A DNA stretch of 64,000 nt, from the NCBI GenBank assembly GCA_021613535.1, contig CP075493.1:1426001-1490000 (forward strand), in the 5' to 3' direction. Every line of letters begins with the position of its first letter. Within the stretch, counting starts at the first letter, position 1. The notes under the pieces are model-generated. The model was not told the origin of the DNA. It saw nothing but the letters and a program-made list of their open reading frames with translations, and did no database searches. The position numbers were made by a program, and so were the translations under genes. This stretch comes from Adineta vaga. Taxonomy: Eukaryota > Animalia > Rotifera. Shown here piece by piece: positions 37,378 to 51,782 of the stretch.

Positions 37378-40032
37378 TTATTTTTCCTTCTTAACTCGAA
37401 ATATCCGTTTTAATTCTTTGGACATCATCACTCGATGATTTGAATTATTATCTTTCATTTTCAAATCTTCTAATGCACAAAGAAATAAAGTATCAACAGC
37501 CATTGAATAAACTGAAAAGAAACAAGTAGCCACAATATAAGTACCAATAATGATTAATAATAATGGAATAAAATAATAATGTAATTCCGGTACATATTTT
37601 TCTGCTCGAGCAATTCGATGTGTAAAAAAGAAGAATGCAAGAATACCAATACCTGCCGTAATACTTAATTTACCGAGAAATATAAGAAAATCACATACTT
37701 TATCAATTACCAATAATCTCAGTGGATTAGAAATGATGACAGCAAAAGCACGTCGAGCTGATGTAAAAAATCCTGTTCCATAGATTGCTGTCATTATATA
37801 AGCATTGCGATTGAGATATTTAATGAATTTTTCCAAACATAATAAACAACAACGACAACAACACATCATACAGCGAGCAATTTTTCCTGTTTTATCTTTG
37901 AATTTATTTTGAACATATTCTAAGATTGTACGAATTATTTTCATAATCGCAATTAGTAAAGAACCAAAAGCTAATGTACCAATATGAAAAACTAGTGCAC
38001 GAAATAATGATAAACACAGTGAAGAACATGGAATACCCACCCGTCTTCCATCCCAATAATATCGTGCATAAACACCAGCTAAAATTGATTCATTAGAATT
38101 TTATCAAAACATAAATATATACCAAAACTTACCGAGAACTAATTCACCGAATCCAATAACAAACGCAGTTAACCAAAAGAACATAAATGCAGAGAAGAAT
38201 TGAGGTAACCATTGATTTTGATTTACAAAACTAATAAATGATTTAAAATGACGACCCGTACCTAAAAATCAAAAAATTCAATCATCCTCGACAAATACTC
38301 AAATTTCTTCATACCATTCAATACACTATCTAAGTCAACTTGAGGATCATATCCATATTGCCAAAAGACACAGTTTCCATCCAATTCATGTGTTACATTC
38401 CATGTACGCGGATTACATATTTCACCATAATGTGTTTCTGTTGAATTTTCAGTCATATTACTAAATGCTAATCGATAGATTGGTTTTCCTGCAGTTGCAA
38501 GATAAACTGCTACAACTGCCCAATAAGCGAACACTCCAATTTGTAATACAAATGGTATAAATGGCCAGAAAAGACTGAAAAAATTATATCCAACAGCTTT
38601 TGATGCTTCAGTTAGAATAGCTAATGCAATTCGAAGACGTTTAAATAAAACCAATAGAATAAGAACTGATATAACTAAAAACAATGTACAGATAATTGCA
38701 ATAATTAACCATGTTATTGGTAAACTGCGATAATAATTTGCATCAGCAACGAATTTAAATTCTGTAAAGATTTGATTATCATTTTTTTCTCGAAGTTGCA
38801 TAAATTCAAAGAACGATAAACCACTTGCAATAGCTAATAACAAAATAAATAAGATAATTCCAAGCCAAATAATTGGTTTTGCTAACCAACGCATTAGAAC
38901 AATCCAAACAAACTAGAAATTAAAGAAAAGGATGTATTTTTCTTTTTGCAAAAAATCATCGTTTCTTTTCTTCATACGGAAATAACTGAAGCAAATGCTA
39001 AGGCAATTAAAATATATTGCCATGATGTTGTAAAATCTTCCACAAGAAAAGCAGCGATTTCTTTTAAATTCAAAACATCAACAAGATATTTTACACCCTA
39101 AAATTAAATGACGATTTATGAAAGTTCGTTTCAATGAAAAAACTAAACTCACCTGTTCTAATTTTGATCCATTTAATGGTCGACCATCGGCATCATCAAT
39201 GGTTTTATTAAGTCCATCATCATCTGGTACCTAAAAGAAATTTTCTTTGATTTCTTATCGATTCTTTTATATTATTTTCTTACTTCAAGAATCGAATTGG
39301 CAAGATTTTGTATATGTTCCGGAACACAACGACCAAACAATGGTTTACTAGCAAGAACATACGGTGCACATCGTCCAGCATTGACAAGTTGCGTATTGTC
39401 TGTATCACTTTCAGTAACATCATAGGCACAAACTCGATTCGCAAGATAACTTTCGAATTTATAATGAGATGTTCGATTTGGACATTGTTGAACACAAACT
39501 TGAGGTGTTGGACAAACGAAAGGTCGACCTTTCGCAAGATTCGATGGGATATTAAACGCTTTTATACACTTTGTCCAATCAAAAAAATAAACATATGGTC
39601 GATCAGCATAATCACCAGAACCACATAGATGACCTTGACTATCCGTTGGATGAATTAATTGTCTTGGATTACCTAAATATTTCCAAGTATTATAATAATA
39701 GATAAAAAATTTCAATAGATAAATATACCTTCTAGGAATGCAAATATACTGAGAATAACAAAAAAGATAATGAACAGTAAAAATATGATACAACATGGAA
39801 TATCTAAATATTCAATTGAGTTATTTCACATATTTCAAGAAGAATTTCTAAGGCTTACCAGTGCAGTATCGTTTTCTACGAAGACCTTCATCGGGTGTAT
39901 CATAATTCATATTTTTCTCTGGATCTACTGATGCTCTTGATGAACTTTTTTTATGTCTAAAACAATTTTCAATTCAATTGATATAAATAAGAAATTATGC
40001 AACAAAGGAAGTTGTTACCTTTGCGACGTCAT
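37378..40032 (-). CDS. Choline transporter-like protein (SLC44/CTL family), multi-exon
   Basis: RHCTDIPCC, GNPRQLIHPTDSQGHLCG, CPTPQVCVQQCP, FHIGTLAFGSLLIA, KYLNRNAYIMTAIYG, VDTLFLCALED. Confidence 0.93.
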
Positions 40033-41381
40033 TGTAGATGTTGTAAGAAGAAATGTGTATCTGACTAGTTGTTTTATTTCAATATATTATCGTTGCACAA
40101 TGTTGTTATGTCAATAAGAACAGCAAAAATGACAAGAGATCGACAGTAAAACTGGTTGAAGTCAATAAAAAAGATATCGTTGTTAAGCATATTAAATCTT
40201 TTTAAATAGTTAGACTAGCATTTCATCAACTAAGAGTCTCAAAGATAAGTAATAGTGAGAGTGAGAGGGAAAACGCATCATATGAAAAGAAAAAGGTAGA
40301 ACATCGAAAATAATCAGAGAGAATCTTTGAATTGTTATGGAAACGAAAAAACATTGATAAAACCATTACGAGTGATAAAGTGAAAGATTCTTTATTAATG
40401 ACACAGAAGTATACGTCAATGAAAAAATTAATAGTGTTTTTGTTCGTATGAGGTATTTGAATTTGTATAAGAAAACAATTTCTTCATGGTTTGAATTGAT
40501 TAATAAGATTATAATAAAATTGTTTAGATTGGAGTAGCTATGCGTAATTGAAGATCGGATATAAATATTCGTCCAAAAAAAAGAAAACTACTAGATTTTT
40601 CCAGGTGAGAAAAATTCTTGCACTCTTACCCTCATATAAAACTACAATCATTCAAGTTTATAGGAGATTGATATGAATTTTTCTTTGAGAAAATTATATA
40701 AATATATGTTGTATAACGAGTGTAATAATTGATGATTTAGTTTTAATAAGAACAGTTAAATAAATGTTTGTATTTATGCAAAACCTAGTCATCATGTATT
40801 TGTTTGCGATGTTTCATTTAATGAGTAACTTTTATTGGTGACAATTATGATTTGAAATTGTGCAAATGATCGTGAAAGAATTCTCATATCGAAAATAATT
40901 ACATGGCATATTTTACCTTAGTTTCCATCAATTTGTTGCTGCATCTATTTATTCTCAAGGTACAAATAGAGATAAAGATCAAGTGTGTTCACATTTCTCC
41001 AGTGAAGTAATTCAATTTTTATCCTAGTGTGAACGACTGTTCCGTTATCATGAAATTGGTAGTGAACTATACTAACGTTTATGGCTTATCTACTTCGAAA
41101 GCGTACCTTGTTAATTGCGAGTGTTTTCTCAAAAATTATTATGGAAATAGAATTAATTATTCGTTAATAATCATATTTTAAATTAGTATATGAACAATAT
41201 GCAATCTAACTGTAGATGTCGCTTGGAATCAATGGATTATGAATAAACATGTTTTATTCGTTCTTCAATAAAACCAACAGAATGAATAAGACATGCGATC
41301 CACAATGTACAATACATTATTTTATTTACTTTTTTTGTAACCTTGCATCATTGTTTTGATCTTGACCAAAGCTATTGAACA

Positions 41382-43272
41382 ATGTGGTTAAGATATTCGA
41401 AATGGATCTTATCTTCATCAACAAATTCTTCATCACGGTATTTACAATCAATTGAACAATTTCGTACACAGATATCTCGAAATCCTTTGAAAGGACAAAC
41501 ACAACGTTCAATAAAAAAATTCGATGAATCAAATATTTTACATGTTGAACCTCGTCTTGAACCACATCCAAGTCGTCTTCTCATCCGTCCTACTCTATTC
41601 ACTATCGGTGTAAATAATGGATCGAAGTTTTTGATTAAAAATTTTCTTTTGTTTTAAAGTTTGTTGGTTGTTCATTTGTATCATGTGCAGTTTGGCAATA
41701 TGAATCACAAAGAAATAAACTACGAAAACTTAAAGAACGTTGGCAATCCAAATTGAAATCAGATCAAATTTCTCAAGTATTTACTTTTAATGATCAATAT
41801 TGACAAAGATAAATTGTTTTTCGGTATTTTAGTTGAAAAATATTTGGCATGATGTATCAGAACCGAAACGAGTCGTTGGAGCAATCATTGGATTGAATCT
41901 TCTTGTTTTTCTTGCATGGAGAATAAAAAGATTCGAACCATTTTTGTTAAAATATTTTACTTCTACTCCTTTCAAACGTAAGTTTATTTAGAAAATGAAA
42001 ATGATGAAAGAAAATTTCTTTGTTTTCTCTAGCAAATCTTAGTTCAATGTTATTATCCACATTTAGTCATTACAATGGAATACATTTTTTATGTAATATG
42101 TATGTTTTGTGGTCATTCCATGAACCAATTGTGAAAATATTTGGCAAAGAACAATTTACTGGTTTGTTTAATTGATATTTTCGAAAAAGAAATGTTTGTT
42201 TTTTTTTATCTTTTAGCGGTTTATTTATCTTCTGGTAAGATTATTGATTGAAGTTTTCTTCAAAATTTGATTCAATTTTATCTGATGTAAAGGTGTTATC
42301 TCATCTTGGTTGAGTTATGTATTCAAAGTTGTTACAAGAACACCGAATATTTCTCTTGGAGCTGTAAGTACTTACTTGACTGAAAAATAGCTTTCACTTT
42401 TTGAGAAGTCTGTCCTTTTAAAACTAAATCTAATAAAATCTACGCAATTTTTTTAGCAACATATCATAACTCTATTGACGTCATCGAGATACGTGTGGGA
42501 TAATATGATAAGAAAACACCTAGATCTTAATGTTAGTTATCTTTTATCAAATTATATATCAACAAACGATGATCATAACATAATACGAGAATCACAAAAG
42601 GAATCCATCGAACTGATGACCTTCATTGAGTTGATTAAGTAAATCAAAGCATTTGTAGGATTCATTTTTCTCATTGAATCAATATGAAGGAATATAGTCA
42701 TTTTCATATATTCCCACTGGATTGTATTTAATATACGTCGATCATGAATGGTAAATTTCATACGATTGGCATTTTTTCCCCGATAATGTTAAATATTGCT
42801 TTTGAATGTGAAAAAAATTTTAAATGGAATGTTTGCTTTTCTTTTACAGTCCGGTTCGATAATGGCGCTGTTAGGTGCAATTTGTACGCAATTCCCTGAT
42901 GCACAATTGGCTTTAATATTTCTTCCATTTTTTACGTTCTCTGCCAAATCGGTAATTAGATCTGTTCTTTTAATGAAACAAGAAACGAAAAAAGAACACG
43001 AGATGTTGTTATTTTATTTTTTAGGCTCTTATCGGTATGGTGTCCTTTGATCTTCTTGGTACTATAATGCGTTGGCGTTATCTGGATCATTCTGCCCATT
43101 TGGGTGGTGTTTTATTTGGCATGTAAGTGTATAATAAAATACAAGAGCAATACATTTTAATTCTCTTGATTCACTTTTTAGTTTCTATGTTAAATATGGT
43201 TATAAAATAATCTGGGAATCGTTAACACCAATTGTAGAACGTTGGCATCATTTACGCGAGAAATTTAAATGA
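41382..43272 (+). CDS. PARL: Mitochondrial rhomboid protease PARL, multi-exon
   Basis: Arg-rich presequence, CAVWQYE, LSTFSH…HFLCNMYVLWSF, SLGA|SG catalytic Ser, DHSAHLGG catalytic His. Confidence 0.92.
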
Positions 43273-43661
43273 TTGTTTATTTTTTTCATTATTTTCAAAA
43301 TAATCCTTTGATGTTTAACATAATCGAATGGAAAGAAAAACGGGAATAAATTTTTCTCATTCTCTTCTTTGTCTTTTTTCGTTTTCGATATTTCGAACAC
43401 GAGTGAAAGATTAGACACATGTACGACGTGCAAATATGTATGCCGAAAAGATAAAAAAGAAAACATGCATGTAAATTTTCGCATTGTTTTACTTCTCTTG
43501 TTTCTCTTTATAAAGGCAATAACTACTGGTTATTCTACCATTTATTCCCTTTTATGAGAAGAAGAATAGCTGCGTACTTAATTGACATTGAGATGTACAG
43601 CTGTGACGATCATTTGATATATAACTATTTCATTTTCTTTCAGAATGCAACATTTAATACT

Positions 43662-45940
43662 ATGACAAGCGGTGGTACGACGAAAAGTGCAGCTCCTGGG
43701 GCAGTTACGCCCGATGGTGGTTGGGGATGGATTATTGTATTAGCATCTTTTATGATCCATTTTATTATGGACGGGTTAGTTAATCGAAAGTTATTATTTT
43801 TCTAAGAAGAAAAATTTTAATTTTATATTAATAGAATTACATATTCAATGGGTGACATATATCTACAACCAATGATGAATAGATTAGGCGAAGGTCGAGG
43901 CAAAGTTTCAACAATTTATGGTATTTTACCAGCAGTAACACTTGGCGCAGGTAAATGCGGTTATTCTTAATCAAAATCAAGTATTTTTAATCTCCTAGGA
44001 CCTATTGTGACAATACTTGTCAATACGTATGGGTGTCGATTAGTAACAATCGTAGGTACCACAATGGCAGCTGGTGGATTTTTAATAAGTTATTTTTGGG
44101 CAAATGTGTGGTTTTATTATCTCGCCATTGGCGTCATTGGAGGTATGTTTGACGAAAAATATTCATTGATAATGGATCACTATTGATCTGCTACGATAGG
44201 CCTTGGTTTTGGCTTAATCTATCTACCTGCTATTGTCTCAGTTGGATACTATTTCGAAGCTAAACGGTCATTTGCGATGGGTATTGCGGTTTGCGGTTCA
44301 GGATTGGGTACGCTTGCATTTCCATTAGTAATGCCATATGTCATAAATAAACCTCTATGGTTTGATTATGATGGTGCTCTTTTGTTGGAAGCAGGAATTA
44401 TATTTATCTGCGTTATTTTTGGTGGTTTAATGGTAACACATATTGATTGTTTTATACTGTGAAATTCAATGTAAATTATGTTGCTTATGTAGGTTCCCTT
44501 ACCTCAAGAACCAAGCGAAACTCGTCGTATAGAAAAGAAAACAGCTCGTGCTGAAAAGAAACGATTAGCATCACAAGCTACAACAAGAACGTTAAGTCCA
44601 ATTGATGAACAACGAAATCAATTACTTCCAAAAGATCGAGAAAGGTTTGTCATCAAGATTTTTATTATCTACGTAAATATTTGATTGAAATACGATCGAT
44701 CATTCTGTACGAATGAGTAAGACTTCGTCAATATTTTTCTAAAATAAATCATAAAATACCTTGATAATATAGATCGTTGTTGATACATATTGTCTTCATT
44801 TATTTCTAGTGATATTGCATTAAAATCGATAAGTCCTAATGAACGCGGATCATCTGCTGTTGTTCCTGGTGAACAACAATTTTTGATGGATGATAATGAA
44901 CGTGCTACATCTCCATATAAAGATGATTTAACAGAAAAAATTCGTCCTGAAGACAATACAACTGATGTACCAGTTGTTATTTCTCGTAAAGATGCAGTTT
45001 ATCGAGGAAGTTTGCACAATATACCATTATTCAATGAAGATGTCGATGAATATCATAATCAAGTAATCACAACCACAGCTGATGTCGAACATGAAATAAA
45101 AGCAAAGAAATCTTTTGTTACTCAATTGACTGAACAGATTGATTTGAACTTATTAAAAGATGCTGCATTTGCTTTATTTGCTGTATCAAATTTTCTAACA
45201 AGTCTTGGATTTAATGTTCCATATAATTTTGCCAATGATTTAGCAAAGGATAAAAATGTTCCTGAAGGCGAACGTCATTGGATTATTATGACAATTGGAA
45301 TTGCAAATTGCTTTGGTCGGGTGATTATTGGACTTTTAGGTGATCGAAAATGGGTAAAATTGTTGATATAACAAAGAAAATCACTAATTTTTCCTTTTCT
45401 GTATAGATTAATCGTTTAACATTATACAATACAACATTGATTATTGCTGGTGCAGCAACAATAGCTGCACCTTTTTGCACTTCTTGGGTTGTAACACATA
45501 TGGTCTACGCTGCATTCTTTGGATTCTTTTCTGGTGGATATGTTGGTTTAACATCCATTCTTGTTGTTGATTTAGTTGGTGTGAATAAATTATCGGATGC
45601 ATTCGGTACTCTTTTACTATTTCAAGGAGTTGCGGTCGCTATTGGTACACCAATTTGTGGTAAGGAACAAAATAAAATATTTCTTTGAATAGTAAATAGA
45701 TCATTCGTTCATTTCTTAGGTACGATGCGTGATATATTTACTGGATATCTATGGCCGTATTTGATATTTGGCGGTTCTATTTTAATCAGTGGTGTTATTC
45801 TATTTGCAATTCCCTTTTTGCAAAGACGAAAAGAAAGTCGACAACAACCAACAAAACATGAGTTAGATATGGGTGTTTTATCTTATTCAAAACAAAATTT
45901 ATCTATACCAGATCAACAACAACAGCAACAACAGCTTTAA
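43662..45940 (+). CDS. Monocarboxylate transporter family (SLC16/MCT) MFS protein, multi-exon
   Basis: PDGGWGWIIVLASF, LIYLPAIVSVGYYFEAKRSFAMGIAVCGSGLG, long central loop, LVGVNKLSDAFG. Confidence 0.92.
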
Positions 45941-46431
45941 TCAAAAATTTTCTCGTGACTAATTAATCCCGTTAATAGAAACTTTCTGTTGTGATTACTT
46001 TTCTTTTTTATTATTTCAGTTTATTATTAATCGTTTTAATCTACTTCTATTACTACTTCTGCCTTCAGGGGTTTCTGAGAACAGTATATATATATATATA
46101 CATATATTTAGACAGACAGAATAGATTATAAGAACAGTTAATCAATGTGAATTTTTCTTCACGATTCTTTTTTTTTTCTTGAATCAGTATTTTTCATCAT
46201 ATAAAGAATAACCTATTTGACTATCTTAGTGATTCACTGTCCGCGAGAAGAACGAGTGAGAAAAGAAAACGAATATTATGTATGTCTTTCTGTTTTTTTT
46301 GTCTTTGGTACGAACAGTCTCTTTTATATTATTATTTCTGCAGTGACGTTTTTTTTTCTTTCTCTTTAGAATAGTTTGTGTAGTGTCTTATAAAACTTTT
46401 TAATAAAAAGAATTTCTTTTGTGTTTTTCAG

Positions 46432-47387
46432 ATGCCTCCGCCACCACCACCTCCTCCTCCACCACCTCCACCGTCAGCTTTATCAATGACAGGTGTTGCT
46501 AATCGATCTGGTCTTCTGAATGAAATCGGTAGTTTCAAAAAAGGTGGTTTAAAGAAAGCAGTGACCAACGATCGAAGTGCACCAATAGTTGGTGGTTCAA
46601 CAACTAACAATACAAAAACATCATCAACAAATCGATCAAATAATAATGACAGACCAAGTATAACTCCTTTAATAACACCAATGCAATTAACTTCTACAAC
46701 ATTAAAACCATCTGGTATGAATGTCTCAACAGTTAAAGTAAGAAAACCGTCAATTCCACAATTTGCTCCACCACCACCGATTAATCAACCCGTTGTCAGA
46801 ACTCTTCCAACTGATCAAATACGAAATTTAACTCAGCAAGTACCACGACTACCTCCACGTGAACCTCCGCCACCACCACCTAATGAAAGTAAACCAAAAT
46901 TAGGACAATTACAAATGTCTTCCACAGGTTTCCTTGTTCCTTCTTCTTCCTCTTCTTTTTATTAATATAACTCTTGTTTTCTCAAGGCTCACAACAGCAA
47001 AAAATTACACGTGCACCACCACCTCCACCACCGCCACCATATTGTTCAACGAATAATGGCCATTCTTCATCAGATAACTCCTCTCGAATATATAAATCAA
47101 CTAATTCGAATGCACCAGTATCACACGCTCCTCCACCTCCACCTCCACCTCCACCTCCTCGCGGTGTCATTCCAAATGGTACAATGCGTCGAACATCATC
47201 TGATTTTGTCGATCATTCCTATGCTGATCGACGATCTGATCAATCATCTAATTTCACATTTGATTATGATCACAATTTCGAAGCACGTTTTCGTTTCACT
47301 CCACTTGAACATCTTCCAAATCCAGATCAATGGCAACCACCATCATCTCATAGCAGATCTTCAAAACATCATGTAAATGTTCGTTAA
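46432..47387 (+). CDS. WIPF: WASP-interacting protein / verprolin, two exons (intron ~46929-46986)
   Basis: Poly-Pro N-terminus, WH2 domain (RSGLLNEI…GLKKAVTNDRSAP), C-terminal WASP-binding motif FEARFRFTP…LPNP. Confidence 0.9.
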
Positions 47388-47654
47388 AATTAAATCTCAT
47401 TTCTATTTTTTTTTTCTCTCATCTTCTTCTCATGTTTATTATAACAAAACGAAGTACAGTGATCATCTCTGTTCCGTGCTGTGTTTATTATTCATTATTA
47501 TACATATATTTTTTTTTCTTCCTCTCTTATGTGTTTATTCTTTATTGTTCATTTTTTTCCCATATGTACAAAAAAACAGAATCTTTCGACACAAACAAAT
47601 ATGTTGATTAGGATATTGATGATAAAGTTTGATTTACAGATATAAGATACTACT

Positions 47655-48081
47655 ATGGCAAGCGAACTCAGTAACAATCAATTGCAAGCAGCAGGTGAAC
47701 TTGAAATCGAAATGATGCAAGATCTTTATAAAAGGTACAAAAAGAAATATTTCTACTGATTAAAATAAGCTAATCTTTAATACATATTTTCTTTTGATAA
47801 AGAATGACAACGGCTTGTCATAAGAAATGTGTTATTCCACGATATAAAGATTCAGAATTATCCAAAGGTGAATCTGTATGTATTGATCGATGTGTAGCAA
47901 AATATATGGAAGTAAGAAATTTATATGACACTAGTCATTACAATTTGAAACCTATATGATCTGTTCAAAGGTTCACGATAGAATTGGTAAACAATTGACA
48001 TCAATGACTTTGCAGCAACAACCAACATTGCAAGGACAACAAGCGACTGATCCATCACGTGCCGTTGGAACATATCAATAG
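47655..48081 (+). CDS. TIMM10: Mitochondrial small Tim chaperone Tim10, 3 exons (missed by the ORF track)
   Basis: Spliced translation: [56 protein letters not shown], a twin CX3C motif. Confidence 0.95.
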
Positions 48082-49401
48082 ACAAATAACTTTATTACGT
48101 CTTGTTTTTTCTTTGCTACCTGTGTTTAGTTTGGAATGTTTTTTTCTACACACTAAAACAAAAGAACACTTGATAGTAATCACCATGAATCATTTTCTTT
48201 TTCTTGACAATTATTCATTTCAAAATAGAATCACCAGCAAATTTTGATGCAAAGATATTTAAAAGTATTCGCCATTGTAATGTGGAGTTCATTTATGATG
48301 ACTGTTTACTTGATAATACTTGCCTCTTTTAATAATAGATCATAAATATTATGTGTAGAATCTAATAGTTTGAATTTCGTGCTAACCAGTTGTCAATTAG
48401 ATACTACCGGATAACTAAAGCAATTTTTATTACAGATTACTCATAAAAATCCGACAATACGTCATATTTGCAGGGCATCATGTCGTACTCTGCTTGGTCT
48501 TTTACTAGCAGGACAGAATATTTTTCTTTCTTTTTCGATTTCCCTGCCAAGGTACAGTATAATACAATAGGACGGGATGCGAAAATATTACTCTGCGTTT
48601 ATCTCTGACACTTATGAATGTATACATGTTGATCATTTTTTGAATTTAATAAGAACAAAACAATATGAAAGAAAATATTTCTAAAATAAACTAGGAAGAG
48701 AAGATTATTGAAATTCGAAGATATTCTTATTGAGAATTTTCTTTTTCAGCGGAGTGTTTTTCTGACAATTCTTTTTTTTTCCCTCGAAGCATTTCAAAAT
48801 GTCTTTTTATCTTGTCTGTGAGTGAAATTCTTCAAGGATAAGTATGAACTGTATTGTTCAAATAAAATTTACAACGTTTTCTTTAGAATAATCCTGTTTG
48901 TTTCCGATTGAGAGATGATTGTTTTCATAAGCTTCTTTCTCTCTCTACATCACCAGCTCTAGCGATTCAAAACGCTAATAGGCTTTATTATGAAGATGAT
49001 TTTTAATCCGACCCTATTTCAAAGAAAATAATAACAAGCATCGCTGATTGAGGATTTAATAAACATCTTCTATTCTCTTCTTATTCTGAAACTTGATTTA
49101 TTCCTTACAAAATAATTTTACTCGACTTTGAACAACAAGTTTATTTGAAGGAAAAACGTTCATATAGATGTCTCTATGATGAGATACGGGCAAAATAACT
49201 AATTATATCAACTCGATATCTATATAGAGTAGAATAAGAAATCATTGGTCTGTAGTAAAACACATTGTTCTTTGTTTAGATTTGGCTTCAGAAATTTCTG
49301 AAAGAAGACATCGTCTCATTCATATCAGTTCTTATGTCATGTTACAACGTTTCTAAATTAATAATTTTGACTATATCAGATTTTTCTTTTGTCGAATAGT
49401 A

Positions 49402-50390
49402 ATGGCAAAAAGAGAAGCAGCTCAAATAACCAAAGAAAAAATTTCAAATCTGGCTTTCGCCGATGCTCATGGTAAGTTTATTACTGAAGAGAACTAAGCA
49501 ACTGTTTTGATGATCTTTTTCAGGTAGCGACAATGAACAACACGCTTCATCATCTGCAAGTGATCATACGAGCCCTCGGGTTCGCCCAACACTAGTTCTG
49601 AAAATCCTCATCCCAATGAATAATCTAGCTATTCAAGTCAATCTCAATCTGAACTTATTGATCGTTCCAATGAAGTTCACACTGCTCATTTCGAGTGTTT
49701 AGATGATTTTGTTTCAGCCGATCGTGTACCATCGGCGAGTAAGCAGAAGGAAAAATAGTCGACATCGAATAAAAGAGTCAACCTATACAATATACGAACA
49801 GGACGGTTGTGTATAGACTAATCAATATTTCTGTTCAATGTTAAAGCAGCATCAATTTTGACGAAGAGAAACGAGAAGGAATGGAAGATAAAAAGCAGAC
49901 GTTCAACCAAATCTTGAAAAAATAAATTGAGCGATCATTCTTTTGCCTTCTTTAGAGAATGTTGACAAGAGATGACAACGATGCAATATTGCCAGTATAT
50001 CAACCGGTTGAAACACAATCGATTGTAAGTTTAGATGAATATCAATGCATGAATGATCCTAGAAAATTCTATTTTTAGAGCATACCAATGAAAGACAACA
50101 AGGAAGTTCAGACGTGTATTGACTCAGAACACTGGAAAAATGTCGATGATTTAAACCAAATTTTCAATCAAAAACTGCTTGTGGAAAAACGTCAACAGCA
50201 AGTCGAATATGTGCAAATATTATCTAAACTAAGAGTGGAAAATGTCAAAGCACTCTGTGAAAGAGACGAGGCTCTGGCAAAAGTTGAATTAATTACTGCG
50301 AAATGTGATCTTTTAACTTTAAATGAAAGCATTCGATTAAAACGAATAAAAGAAGATCACAAAAACGTCAACAACAACATTGAATCGTAA
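49402..50390 (+). pseudogene. Unknown multi-exon gene or relic with a coiled-coil last exon
   Basis: Series of short exon-like blocks with GT/AG ends; in-frame TAG near 49757; last ORF 50088-50390 is heptad-like. Confidence 0.35.
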
Positions 50391-51204
50391 ATGTATTTTT
50401 TTGTCAGTATGTTTTGGACATCGAATCAACTCTATCTTGATGTAAAGTATTTTGATATTTCGCATGCTAAATAAAATATGACTCATTAATAGATTTCAAG
50501 CGTTTTTGAAGAATTTCACAAAAATATCCTTTGTAGAGCATAGTCAATTGATTGCACAGTGTCTCACATCGATAAAAATGTTACTACTCAAGGTGCTTTC
50601 ATTGTTAACTTGAGAATAGTAGATAATTAATGTAATTTGTAAGGATTAGGTAGTGTATATGTCTCATTTCTAATCGCTTAATGCTATGAATCTATTGATT
50701 TCGCTATATCACAAGTATTTTTATTTTTCTTCAATGAATTATTTTTTTGATGATCGACAATCGAAAATTAAATGGTAAATTAATTTTAAAAGTCACTATC
50801 GTTTAGTTAGCGCATTGTAATTCATATTGAATTGATTGTATGTTGACTTTCTCGTCTTTAGGATTTGGGTGGAGATGTGAGCATAAATATTTACAGCATC
50901 ATCACGCACACTCACTCTGATTTTGACATGACTAGAAGTAATACACCATCGAATATTTAGAATTTTTGTTGACTTCATCTTTTCATTCATCCATTCATTT
51001 TACCTTTGAATGAACTGGATTCAAAGAATTTTTTATAAATTTATTATAATAGTAACGCTCATCCTCTGGATTAGCTGACCCTTTTCTGAAAGAATGATAA
51101 CAGTACTCAGTAACACCTGCAAGGTGGACCTGGACTTAACGGAACCCGATCCAAGCAAACTTTATACATAAAACCTTTTTAAAAGTGTTTTTCATCTTTT
51201 CACA

Positions 51205-51343
51205 ATTTCAAAGTATCATTAAATCATTTATTGAAAGAGAAAAGCAAAAAAAAGTACTGTTTGTAAATATTCATGGATCTGATCGCTTGATACTTCTCAA
51301 AAATGCATTACTCGTACGTATTTTCCTTCCTATAAGGCACTTA
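51205..51343 (+). repeat. ~140-bp direct repeat, copy A (copy B at 56794-56934)
   Basis: atttcaaagtatcattaaatcatttattgaaagagaaaagc…tcctataaggcactta aligns to 56794-56934 with few substitutions. Confidence 0.92.
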
Positions 51344-51584
51344 AAAAACGTCTAATCGCTCGTCGACTTTCCCCACTCAGTTACTCGCGACTAGTCGCTA
51401 ACGCTCATGGCATTTTTTCTATTTTCCTTTCAATCATGTGAGTGTAGTGTAAGAGATTCGCTCATCATAGTAAATCAATTCATAACCGAAAACTGAAAAA
51501 CTTTACATAATCGCGTCGTGTCCAGTAAAGGTTTCGTTTTCAGGAAACAGAACTTTGCCGGATTCGTTCTCGTAGATCATCAAT

Positions 51585-51647
51585 TAAGGGTGTGGGTGTG
51601 GTGAGGGTGGGAGTGAGTATTAGATAGATGTAGTATCCACACCCTCA
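51585..51647. repeat. Telomere-type hexamer tract with short inverted end
   Basis: TAAGGG TGTGGG TGTGG TGAGGG TGGGAG … TCCACA CCCTCA. Confidence 0.7.
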
Positions 51648-51782
51648 AGATTTTACTACAGATCATACTGGACGCTATAATATATATATATATATATATT
51701 CATACGCTTAGAGACAAAGATTAAGTTTGTAACGTACAAAGATAAAGATACAATAAGCTTAGAAGATTATAACAATCATAGT

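Noticed and set aside
42364-42850. Long PARL intron with antisense ORF 42573-42761
   Set aside because: Probably decayed inserted DNA; no recognisable motif, TIR or TSD.
46428-47170. Gly-rich antisense ORFs
   Set aside because: Mirror of the poly-Pro codons of WIP.
48475-48580. Degenerate terminal inverted repeat (gcatcatgtcgtact / aataggacgggatgc), possible MITE
   Set aside because: Only ~11/15 match, no TSD and no second copy in the window.
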